Assembly (NCBI GenBank): GCA_963664435.2
Contig: CAXXKM010000002.1
Coordinates: 224,001 to 288,000 of the forward strand
Source of the DNA: Longimicrobiales bacterium
GTDB lineage: Bacteria; Gemmatimonadota; Gemmatimonadetes; Longimicrobiales; Gaopeijiaceae
Reading direction: 5' to 3'
Length of the DNA stretch: 64,000 bases
Position numbers and translations under genes: made by a program
Shown here: positions 9,901 to 17,849 of the stretch, in pieces
Numbering within the stretch: the stretch's first letter is position 1
Layout of the letters: the number at the start of each line of letters is the position of its first letter
Notes under the pieces: generated by a model
Told to the model about the DNA's origin: nothing
Database searches by the model: none
Seen by the model: only the letters and a program-made list of their open reading frames with translations

Positions 9901-10233
9901 GTTGGGGTTGGAGGGCGCCACCGTGACGTCCCCGACCGAGGTGGTCGGCTCGTTGTCGAAGACCGGCTCGAAGGTGGTGCCGTGGTTGACGGTCTTCCAC
10001 ACGCCGCCGGTGGCGGTGCCCACGTAGAAGGTGGACGGATCGGTCTCGACCACGGCCAGGTCCGAAACACGCCCGCCCATGATGGTCGGACCGATGTTGC
10101 GCCACTCCAGGTTGGCGACCGCCGCCTCCACCCGCGCCGCGTCCCCCTGCGCAACGGCGCCGGACGGCCAGACCGGCGCAAGCACGGCGACCAGGGCCAT
10201 CCCCACACGCAACGAACGGCTCTTGAAACTCAT
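6982..10233 (-). CDS. Secreted VPS10/sortilin-like BNR-repeat beta-propeller (glycosyl hydrolase-like)
   Basis: Signal peptide, WRNIGP..GGRV start, many S/TxDxGxxW Asp-box repeats, GGLQDNG motif. Confidence 0.88.
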   Translation of the reverse strand: MSFKSRSLRVGMALVAVLAPVWPSGAVAQGDAARVEAAVANLEWRNIGPTIMGGRVSDLAVVETDPSTFYVGTATGGVWKTVNHGTTFEPVFDNEPTTSVGDVTVAPSNPNVVWVGSGEPQNRQSSPWGNGVYKSTDAGRTWRHMGLAETHHISRIRIHPRDPSIVYVAAVGRLWGANPERGVYKTTDGGESWELVLFVDEDTGAIDLAMDANDPETLFAAMYQRRRTAWGFNGGGPGSGIHRTTDGGASWVELTDGLPDGDMGRIGLDIYRGDGNLVFAIVEADKRTPGQGFGGGGSGSSRNGVYRSTDRGETWEQISTTNNRPMYYSQIWVDPDDPERIYTAGSSLYKSLDGGNTFTPDAASEVHPDHHAMWIDPANSDHLILGGDGGIAISWDRSRTWRQLTNIPLAQFYEIGVDMREPYHVCGGLQDNGSWCAPSDTWSNQGIRTRDWYNVGGGDGFYTVMHPDNPRMMFSESQGGNLMRVDLVTMERTRMRPVGRPLEDDEERELRWNWDTPVLLSQHDENTVYVGSNVLFRSRDLGMTWEEISPDLTHAMDRAELEIMGVAGSEPQMSANDGQASYGNLETISESPFDAGLLYVGSDDGRVHVTRDGGASWTDVTGNIPGLPERTYVSRVVASAHDVATVYATFDGHRNNDFAAHVYASTDYGENWRRIVDGLPATSVNVITEHHRTAGLLFVGNEVGVFFSVDGGEQWMALANGLPAVPVDDIKIHPRENDLVLGTHGRGIYIMEDIAPLEGLTAEVLAADAHLFPVRRATLYNPYTPQGWTPGVYVSPNPPAGALIRYYVGEAGAGGGVVAASPPGNGGDGDAGGREAAADASGQAKITILGGGGEVVRELTGPAAAGIQQVRWDLRIEPPYTPSGPAQQFGGGFGGGQARGPRVLPGTYTVRLETAGVTQERQVAIRLDPRVEMSRADLETRQAALMSAYDLAGPVYEAGQAVRRVTTQLMEVSSLLREQEETPEELSEEVSGLLEEARELGRDINQAAAGARGAGAIESSSTRPTADQLWQLDRAWERVPPLIERLNEIVADEMPALYRQLDERGIRPDPGEAVTMPVRRGGA

Positions 10234-10581
10234 GTCGTCTCCCGGTTCTGAATGAGCACTCCGTTGAACTCACATTGTACGTTGCGGGCTTCCGTCGGGG
10301 GAGCCTCCGCAGGCAGCGCCCGTCCATCAGGGATTCGCACGGGTGGCGAGGTCCGGCGGCACACCGGAACCTGTCCGCCGCGGCCCGGACCGACCTCCCG
10401 GGGACGCCCCGCCGTTGTTCACATCGGAGCCCACGCACTACACTGTAATCTGCGCCGGAAGCGGGACGCGCGAACCGCGAGAGTCGATCACCACGAAGGC
10501 CGGTTTCCGGACGCGAATTCAAGCACGCCAAGCGGGGCGAACCCGATGACGGGATGGCCCCGGGACGATGAGGAGGCTCCG

Positions 10582-12087
10582 ATGAGACACCCCTGGATCC
10601 GCAACCCTGCCGGCGCCGCGGCGCTCGCGCTTCTCCTGCTCTCCGCTCCTCCGGCTCATGCCCAGCAAGCGCTCGCGGATGATCCCGGCGTCGCCGAAGC
10701 CCTGCATCTGCTGGATATCTGGATGGATGCGGCGCAGGCCTACGGGGGCATCCCCGGCGCCTCCCTCTCCGTCGTGCACGATCAGGAACTGGTGTGGGCG
10801 AAGGGATACGGGCACGCGCACCTGGAGGGCGCGGAGCCCGCGAGCCCGTCGACCATGTACTCGATCTGCTCCATCTCCAAGCTCTTCACCGCGGTCGGCG
10901 TGCTGCAGCTGCGCGACCAGGGCAAGCTGGGGCTGGACGACGCCGTGGCGAAGCACCTGGACTGGTTCAACATCAAGGACGATTACACCGAGGCGGGACC
11001 GGTCGACATCGAGGGGTTGCTCACGCACAGCTCGGGTCTCCCGCGCGAGGCGGGCGTACCGTACTGGACGGGGCCCGACTATCCCTTCCCGACCCCCGAG
11101 AAGATCGTCGAGACCCTGCCCACGCAGTCGATGCTCTATCCGCCGCGGACCTATTTCCAGTACTCGAATCTCGCACTCACGCTGGCGGGCGAGATCGTCG
11201 CGGAGGCGTCGGGGGAGAGCTACGACGACTATATCCGGGCCAACATCCTGGACCCGCTGGGGATGTCCAGCACCTTCACCGACCTGGAGGACCGCTTCCG
11301 CGGCAACCGCCTGGCCACCGGTTACACGGCGCGCGGACGGGACGGCGAGCGACATGTGATCCCGGACTACTGGGTGCGCGGCATCAGCCCGGCCGCCGGA
11401 TTCATCTCGACCGTCGAAGACCTCGGGCGCTTCGCCTCCTGGCAGTTCCGCGTACTCGATGGCGATGACGCCCTGCTCGACCGCAACACGCTGCGCGACA
11501 TGCATCGCGTGCACTGGTCGGAGCCTGACGGGAACACCACCTACGGGCTGGGCTTCTCGGTGTGGAAGTCGGACGGGGACACCTTCGTGGGCCACGGCGG
11601 CTCCTGCCCGGGATACCGCAGCCACCTGCTGCTGCGGCCCCAGGACAAGGTCGCCACGGCGTTCATGACCAACGGCCAGGGGGTGAACTCCCGGCAGTTC
11701 GCCCAGACCGCTTTCGACATCGTCGCGCCCGCGCTCCGGCGGGCGGGGAAGAAGTCGTCCGGGACTCCGGCAGACGCAGGCATGGTTGCGCCCGATGGCG
11801 CCGACGCTTCCGGCGAGAGCCTCGAGCCCTTCACCGGCACCTACCAGCGGCCCCTCGGCGGGGAGAGCGCGGTGCTGATCTGGCAAGGCGACCTGCACGT
11901 GCTGTCGCTCCCCACCAATAACCCTCTCAACTCCCTGACCCGGCTCCGCCACATCGAGGACGGCACCTTCCGGCGGGTGCGCGACAACGACGACCTGGGC
12001 GAAGCGTTCATCTTCGAAGAGATGCCCGATGGACGCATGCTGATGTGGCGCAACGACAACTACAGCGTCCGCCCGGCGGGGATGTGA
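10582..12087 (+). CDS. Secreted serine hydrolase (beta-lactamase class C/PBP family)
   Basis: SISK, LLTHSSG, YSN and HGG motifs; GAGGAGG RBS before ATG 10582; signal peptide. Confidence 0.9.
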   Translation: MRHPWIRNPAGAAALALLLLSAPPAHAQQALADDPGVAEALHLLDIWMDAAQAYGGIPGASLSVVHDQELVWAKGYGHAHLEGAEPASPSTMYSICSISKLFTAVGVLQLRDQGKLGLDDAVAKHLDWFNIKDDYTEAGPVDIEGLLTHSSGLPREAGVPYWTGPDYPFPTPEKIVETLPTQSMLYPPRTYFQYSNLALTLAGEIVAEASGESYDDYIRANILDPLGMSSTFTDLEDRFRGNRLATGYTARGRDGERHVIPDYWVRGISPAAGFISTVEDLGRFASWQFRVLDGDDALLDRNTLRDMHRVHWSEPDGNTTYGLGFSVWKSDGDTFVGHGGSCPGYRSHLLLRPQDKVATAFMTNGQGVNSRQFAQTAFDIVAPALRRAGKKSSGTPADAGMVAPDGADASGESLEPFTGTYQRPLGGESAVLIWQGDLHVLSLPTNNPLNSLTRLRHIEDGTFRRVRDNDDLGEAFIFEEMPDGRMLMWRNDNYSVRPAGM

Positions 12088-13703
12088 GCGCCGCCAGCCC
12101 GCATGCCATCCGGGCGCTGACGCGGATGCCAGGGTCCGCCCTGGTGCTGGCGTTCCTGGCCATCCCCGCAACCGGGGACGCCCAGAACGCCAGGCCACGC
12201 GACCCCGCCGAGGCCTTCCCGGTCGACCGGGCGATGATTGCGCGCATCCGCGAGGAAGGGCTGAAGCGCTCGCAGCTGGCCAACACCCTCTCCTACATGA
12301 CCGACGTGCTGGGCGGCCGCCTGACCAACTCGGACGCCATGGACCGGGCGCAGCGCTGGGTGGTCGGGGAGATGGAGCGCATCGGGCTGGTAAACGTAGA
12401 GCGCGAGCCCTTCATGCCCTACGGCGCGAGCTGGGACAACGAGTACGTCTCGGTCCACATGACCGCCCCCTCCTACCAGCCGCTGGTGGCCTACCCGATC
12501 GCCCACACGCCGGGGACCGGCGGACGTCTCGAGCTGGACGTGGTCATCGCGGACGTGCGCACGATCAACGACCTGGCCTCGGTGCGGGGCAGGCTACGCG
12601 GCAAGGCCGTGCTCTCCACCCCGCCGCCCGCCATCGACCTGACCCGCTTCGCGACCGGCACCCCGCGCAGGAGCGGGGAGGAGATGCGGCAGCTGGCCGA
12701 GGACGTGATTCCCCCCGCACCCGCGCCCGACGACTACTTCTCCCGCCTGTACCCCGACGCACCCGCCAACCCCGACATCCTCACCGCCGCGGAGCGGCTC
12801 GCCTTCTACGTGGAGGAGGGGGTGGCGCTGGTGCTCGAGTCCAACAGCGGCTGGCCGGGAGCCGTGCGCGGCTTCGCCCGGGCCGGCGCCCGCATCGACC
12901 GGTGGTCGCGGGATGCGACCCTGGCTTCCGTGCCGGTGGTGGCGGTAACCCCCGAACACTACAACCGCATGTACCGCATCCTGCGGCGTGACATCCCGGT
13001 CACGGTGCAGGCAGAGGTGCGCAACCGGCACGGGGAGGGGGTGACCGAAGCCCGCAACGTGCTGGGCGAGATCCGGGGCACCGACCTGGCGGACGAGGTG
13101 GTGATGCTGGGCGCCCATTTCGACACCTGGCACGCGAGCCCCAACGCGAGCGACAACACCTCCGGGGTGGCGGTCATGCTCGAAGCCGCGCGCATCCTGA
13201 ACGCCGTCGGGGCGCGCCCTCGCCGAACCATCCGCGTGGCGCTCTGGTCCGGCGAGGAGCAGGGGCTGTTCGGTTCGAGCGCCTACGTGCGCGAGCACTT
13301 CGGCGATCCCGCATTCGGCACCACACCCGAATACGAGACGTTCTCCGTGTACTTCAACCAGGACTACGGCCCCGGCCAGTACCGGGGCGTCTGGCTGCAG
13401 GAGAACGAACACGTGCGCCCCATCTTCGAAGCCTGGATGGAGCCCCTGCGCGACATGGGCATGACCACGCTCTCGACCCAGGGCGTCGGGAGCACCGACC
13501 ACGTCCCCTTCGACGGCGCCGGGCTGCCGGCCTTCCAGTTCCTGCAGGCGCGCGTGGGCGGCACCGGAGGCCATACCAACCTCGACTTCTACGACACCCT
13601 GCCCATCGACGAACTCATGAAGAACGCGGTCATCATGGCGTCCTTCGTCTACCATGCGGCCATCGCGGACGCGCGCATCCCGCGCAAGGGGATCGGACGG
13701 TAA
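12084..13703 (+). CDS. M28 family zinc peptidase (carboxypeptidase Q-like)
   Basis: GAHFDTW, ASDNTSG, SGEEQGLFGS and STDH motifs; GTGA overlap with the upstream gene. Confidence 0.9.
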   Translation: MSAASPHAIRALTRMPGSALVLAFLAIPATGDAQNARPRDPAEAFPVDRAMIARIREEGLKRSQLANTLSYMTDVLGGRLTNSDAMDRAQRWVVGEMERIGLVNVEREPFMPYGASWDNEYVSVHMTAPSYQPLVAYPIAHTPGTGGRLELDVVIADVRTINDLASVRGRLRGKAVLSTPPPAIDLTRFATGTPRRSGEEMRQLAEDVIPPAPAPDDYFSRLYPDAPANPDILTAAERLAFYVEEGVALVLESNSGWPGAVRGFARAGARIDRWSRDATLASVPVVAVTPEHYNRMYRILRRDIPVTVQAEVRNRHGEGVTEARNVLGEIRGTDLADEVVMLGAHFDTWHASPNASDNTSGVAVMLEAARILNAVGARPRRTIRVALWSGEEQGLFGSSAYVREHFGDPAFGTTPEYETFSVYFNQDYGPGQYRGVWLQENEHVRPIFEAWMEPLRDMGMTTLSTQGVGSTDHVPFDGAGLPAFQFLQARVGGTGGHTNLDFYDTLPIDELMKNAVIMASFVYHAAIADARIPRKGIGR

Positions 13704-13706
13704 ATC

Positions 13707-13756
13707 GGCCGATTCAAAAACCGATCTTGAATCAGCCGGCACCCACGTGCTAGCTT
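13707..13756 (+). promoter_or_regulatory. Inverted repeat overlapping a putative promoter of the AAA/DUF4143 gene
   Basis: GGCCGATTCAA (13707-13717) and TTGAATCAGCC (13727-13737), 1 mismatch. TTGAAT-18 bp-TAGCTT, with ATG 7 nt after the -10 element. Confidence 0.5.
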
Positions 13757-13762
13757 GACCGC

Positions 13763-14929
13763 ATGATTCCAAGACATCTGGCCCCGGAACTCCTCAGGGC
13801 CGCCGGCCAGGCGCCTTCCGTCACGCTCACCGGTCCGCGGCAGGGCGGAAAGACGACCCTTTGCCGAGCTCTCTTCCCCGAGCATCCCTATCGCACTCTG
13901 GAGACCCCCGACGACCGGCGGTTCGCGACAGAGGATCCCCGGGCATTCCTGGCTCAGTTTCCGGAAGGCGCGATCATTGACGAAGTTCAGCGTGTCCCGG
14001 ATCTGCTCTCCTACCTGCAAGGCATCATCGACGAGAACCCGGCACCCGGACGCTGGATTCTCACCGGTTCCCAGAACCTCTCGCTGCTGGCGTCGGTCAG
14101 CCAGTCGCTGGCCGGACGAACCGAAGTGCTGCATCTGTTGCCGCTGACCTGGAACGAGATCCGACGCTTCGATCCGCATCCCGGTTGCCTCGAAGAGGCG
14201 CTGTTCTCGGGAGGCTATCCGCGCATCTTCGACCGGCGGCTCGACCCGGTCCGCTGGTTGCGTTCCTACGTCGCCACCTACATCGAGCGCGATGTCCGCA
14301 CCATCAGCAACGTCGGGGATCTGACGACCTTTCAGCGCTTCGTCGAATTGTGCTCCGGGCGCACTGGCCAGTTGCTCAACTACTCCGGCTTGGCCGGCGA
14401 CTGCGGAATCTCCCAACCCACCGCCAAGGCGTGGATCAACATCCTGGAGACAAGCTTCATCGCCTTCCGCCTGCCCGCCTTCCACGCCAACCTGCGAAAG
14501 CGGCTCGTCAAGATGCCGAAGCTGTACTTCTACGACACCGGCCTCGCCTGCTGGTTGATGGGCATCCGGGAATCCGGACAGCTTCGATCGCATCCGCTGC
14601 GGGGGGCCATTTTCGAGACCTGGGTGGTTTCGGAGATCGTCAAGCAACGTATAAACCGGGGCGAGACCCGGGGGCTTTCCTTCTATCGTGACCGAAGCGG
14701 CGCCGAGGTCGACCTGGTCATCGACCAGCCTTCCGGACGCACCCTGCTGGAGGCCAAGTCCACCGGAACGCCGTCCGCGAGCCTGCTCCGTGGCGCCGAG
14801 CGGGTGCGCGGCCATTTCGGCCGTGGAACAGCGCCCGATGTGGCCGTCGTATACGGAGGCGAAGACCTTCAGGAGCGCACGGGCGGACGACTGATACCGT
14901 GGCGGATGCTGGGGAACACAACCTGGTGA
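13763..14929 (+). CDS. AAA_14 ATPase with C-terminal DUF4143 (PD-(D/E)xK-like) domain
   Basis: GPRQGGKTT, IIDEVQR, LTGS, GGYP, PKLYFYDTG and FYRDRSGAEVD...EAK motifs. Confidence 0.9.
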   Translation: MIPRHLAPELLRAAGQAPSVTLTGPRQGGKTTLCRALFPEHPYRTLETPDDRRFATEDPRAFLAQFPEGAIIDEVQRVPDLLSYLQGIIDENPAPGRWILTGSQNLSLLASVSQSLAGRTEVLHLLPLTWNEIRRFDPHPGCLEEALFSGGYPRIFDRRLDPVRWLRSYVATYIERDVRTISNVGDLTTFQRFVELCSGRTGQLLNYSGLAGDCGISQPTAKAWINILETSFIAFRLPAFHANLRKRLVKMPKLYFYDTGLACWLMGIRESGQLRSHPLRGAIFETWVVSEIVKQRINRGETRGLSFYRDRSGAEVDLVIDQPSGRTLLEAKSTGTPSASLLRGAERVRGHFGRGTAPDVAVVYGGEDLQERTGGRLIPWRMLGNTTW

Positions 14930-14987
14930 GAATCGGCACCGCCGGCGTGTGAAGCAAACCACCCGCAAACCTAGTATGTTGGAAGCC

Positions 14988-15659
14988 ATGAATACCCACC
15001 GCATCGTGCTCTTCGCACTCCTCGCCGCCACCCAGGCCTGCGCCGGCTCCGGCCCCGGCGCACCCCCGCCCGCCGCGCGCCCCGACGCAGACCGCATCGC
15101 CCGGCTCGAGGCCATCTACCAGGCGCGCGCCGACAGCCTTCTGCTCAACCCGCACGAGGCCGACGTGCATTTCATCACCGGGATGATCGGGCACCACGCC
15201 CAGGCGTTGGTCATGGCGGGTTTCGCGCCCGAAAACGGCGCCAGCCCCGCGGTCCAGGTCCTCTGCGCGCGCATCATCAACGCCCAGAGCGACGAGATCG
15301 CGATCATGCAGCGCTGGCTGCGCGAACGCGGCCTTCCGGTGCCCGAGATCCACATCGAGGGCAGCACGCTCATGGTCCACGGACCGGAGCACGCGATGAA
15401 CATGCCGGGGATGATCTCTCCGGAGCAGCTGCGCGAGCTGGAAGCGGCCCGGGGACCGGACTTCGACCGGCTCTTCCTCACCTACATGATCCAGCACCAC
15501 GAGGGCGCCGTCACCATGGTGCACGATCTCTTCGCCTCCGACGGCGCGGCCCAGGGCGACTTCATCTTCAAGATCGCCTCCGACATCCAGGTCGATCAGG
15601 CCACCGAAATCGCCCGCATGGAGCTGATGCTCGCGGAGATGACGACGCCCGGCCCGTGA
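14988..15659 (+). CDS. DUF305 ferritin-like lipoprotein
   Basis: Two MIxHH motifs (MIGHHAQA, MIQHHEGAV), Q..EI..M repeats, lipobox TQAC. Confidence 0.88.
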   Translation: MNTHRIVLFALLAATQACAGSGPGAPPPAARPDADRIARLEAIYQARADSLLLNPHEADVHFITGMIGHHAQALVMAGFAPENGASPAVQVLCARIINAQSDEIAIMQRWLRERGLPVPEIHIEGSTLMVHGPEHAMNMPGMISPEQLRELEAARGPDFDRLFLTYMIQHHEGAVTMVHDLFASDGAAQGDFIFKIASDIQVDQATEIARMELMLAEMTTPGP

Positions 15660-15763
15660 CCTGGAGCAAAGCCCCTCGATGCCGGCCCCGACCTGCCTGC
15701 CCGCGCTGACCCGACCCCACCGCCTGTTCTGACCGATACATCCACTCGAAACGAGGAAGTGAC

Positions 15764-17764
15764 ATGACCTCTCCGCGATCGACGCGTGACCGCGTCCGGG
15801 TCCCCGCGCGCCTCGGTGCGCTCCTCTCCTGCGCGGTGCTGCTGGTGCTCCTGCCGGCCTGCTCCGCCTACCAGTCCCCCGACACCGGCATGGCTCCCGC
15901 AGGGCTCGCCCCGCTGCGCGTGAATGCACCCGCTCCGGATCCGCGCGTCGGCCTGGCCCCCGGCCTGTTCGACGCCGGAGAGGCCGCCTGGAACCTGCGA
16001 CTGATCTCGACGACTCCTCCCACGGAGCCCTTCGTCGGCCAGACCAACTCCGACCTGGCCTTCACCGGCGATTACGTCATCCAGGGCAACTACGACGGCA
16101 TCCAGATCTGGGATATCTCCGATCCGACCAGCCCGGAGTCGGTGGTCACCTACCGGTGCCCGGCGTCGCAGAGCGACGTGTCGGTCCACGAGAACCTGCT
16201 CTTCGTGTCGGGCGAGGGACTCGGCGGGCGGCTCGACTGCGGCGACGAGGGCGTCCAGGAGGCAGTGAGCCACGACCGGCTGCGCGGCATCCGCATCTTC
16301 GACATCACCGACATCACCGCGCCCGAATACGTCGCCAACGTCCAGACCTGCCGCGGCTCGCACACCCACACCGTGCTCGAGCATCCCGGCGACGACGAGA
16401 ACGTATACATCTACGTTTCGGGCTCTTCGGCGGTACGGCCCGCGGAGGAACTCCCGGGCTGTTCCGATGGGCCGGTCGAGGACAACCCCAACACGGCGCT
16501 CTTCCGCATCGAGGTCATCCGGGTGCCCCTGGCGGATCCGGCCAGCGCCGAGATCGTGAGCTCGCCCCGCATTTTCGGGGACCTGGTGGCGCCTCCGACC
16601 CATGGCCTGGCGCCCGATGACCTCCTGGAAATCGAGGAAGCGCGCGAGCGCGGCGCCTTCATCATGGAAGGCGCGGGCCAGCCGAGGGTGCTGCGCGACC
16701 GGCAGGTGGTTCAGCTGCTCGAACAGATCGTGCAGCAGCGGGGCGGCGAAGGTCCCCCGACCGCCGCGGACAGCGCGACCCTGCGGCAGATGCTTCCACA
16801 GATGGCAGCGCAAAGGGCCGCCAGAAGCAGCAGCGGGCCGACCCAGTGCCACGACATCACCGTGTACCCCGCCATCGGGCTCGCGGGCGGCGCCTGCGGC
16901 GGATACGGCATGCTGATCGACATCAGCAACGCGGAGGCCCCGTTCCGCCTCTCCGAAGTGGCCGACTCCAACTTCTCGTACTGGCACTCGGCGACGTTCA
17001 ACAACGACGGAACCGCCGTCATGTTCACCGACGAATGGGGCGGCGGCGGATCCCCGAAGTGCCGCGCATCCGACCCGATGGAGTGGGGCGCCAACGCCGT
17101 GTTCACCATCGAGGACGGCGACATGGTGTTCCAGAGCTACTACAAGATGCCGGCACCCCAGACGACGCTCGAGAACTGCGTCGCGCACAACGGCTCGCTC
17201 ATCCCCATTCCGGGCCGCGACATCATGATCCAGGGCTGGTACCAGGGCGGCATCTCGCTCATCGACTGGACCGATCCGGCCAACCCGGTCGAGATCGCGT
17301 TCTTCGATCGCGGACCGGTGGATGCCGAGGTCATGCGGAGCGGCGGCAGCTGGTCGGTCTACTGGTACAACGGCCTGATCGTCAACTCCGAGATCGCGCG
17401 CGGGCTCGACATCTTCGAGCTGACCACGAGCGAGGTGATGACGCAGAACGAGATCGACGCGGCCAACTCGGTGCGTCTGACCCAGCTCAACTCCCAGGGC
17501 CAGCCCATCTTCGAGTGGCCTGCAACCTACGCGCTGGCTCGTGCGTATCTGGACCAGCTGGAGCGGCACCGCGGGCTGAACGCGGCGCGGATCCGGGAGG
17601 CGCGGAGCGAGCTGGCCAGGACCGAGGAGATGGCGTGGCCGGCGCAGGGTGCGGCGCTGCGCTCCCTGGCCGACGCGCTCAGCTCCGATGCCCTCGGAGC
17701 GCTGGATCGAGCCAAAGTGGCGAAGCTGGCCGACGCGGTGCGCGACCTGGCAGCCGCGGGCTGA
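15764..17764 (+). CDS. LVIVD-repeat-like beta-propeller lipoprotein, paralog 1
   Basis: Lipobox LPAC, NSDLAF, repeated IWDISDP/IFDITD/LIDIS strands, CRGSHTHT, QCHDIT, YWHSATF, NCVAHNG. Confidence 0.75.
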   Translation: MTSPRSTRDRVRVPARLGALLSCAVLLVLLPACSAYQSPDTGMAPAGLAPLRVNAPAPDPRVGLAPGLFDAGEAAWNLRLISTTPPTEPFVGQTNSDLAFTGDYVIQGNYDGIQIWDISDPTSPESVVTYRCPASQSDVSVHENLLFVSGEGLGGRLDCGDEGVQEAVSHDRLRGIRIFDITDITAPEYVANVQTCRGSHTHTVLEHPGDDENVYIYVSGSSAVRPAEELPGCSDGPVEDNPNTALFRIEVIRVPLADPASAEIVSSPRIFGDLVAPPTHGLAPDDLLEIEEARERGAFIMEGAGQPRVLRDRQVVQLLEQIVQQRGGEGPPTAADSATLRQMLPQMAAQRAARSSSGPTQCHDITVYPAIGLAGGACGGYGMLIDISNAEAPFRLSEVADSNFSYWHSATFNNDGTAVMFTDEWGGGGSPKCRASDPMEWGANAVFTIEDGDMVFQSYYKMPAPQTTLENCVAHNGSLIPIPGRDIMIQGWYQGGISLIDWTDPANPVEIAFFDRGPVDAEVMRSGGSWSVYWYNGLIVNSEIARGLDIFELTTSEVMTQNEIDAANSVRLTQLNSQGQPIFEWPATYALARAYLDQLERHRGLNAARIREARSELARTEEMAWPAQGAALRSLADALSSDALGALDRAKVAKLADAVRDLAAAG

Positions 17765-17849
17765 ACGGAAACCCGACGGAGGTGCGGTTCGTCCCTGATC
17801 AGGGGGCGAACCGCAGCTCCCGTACATCCATTCTCAGATAGAGGAATCG

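Noticed and set aside
10582..12087. Beta-lactam resistance gene
   Set aside because: Generic serine hydrolase with an extra C-terminal domain, coupled to an M28 peptidase; nothing specific for AmpC.
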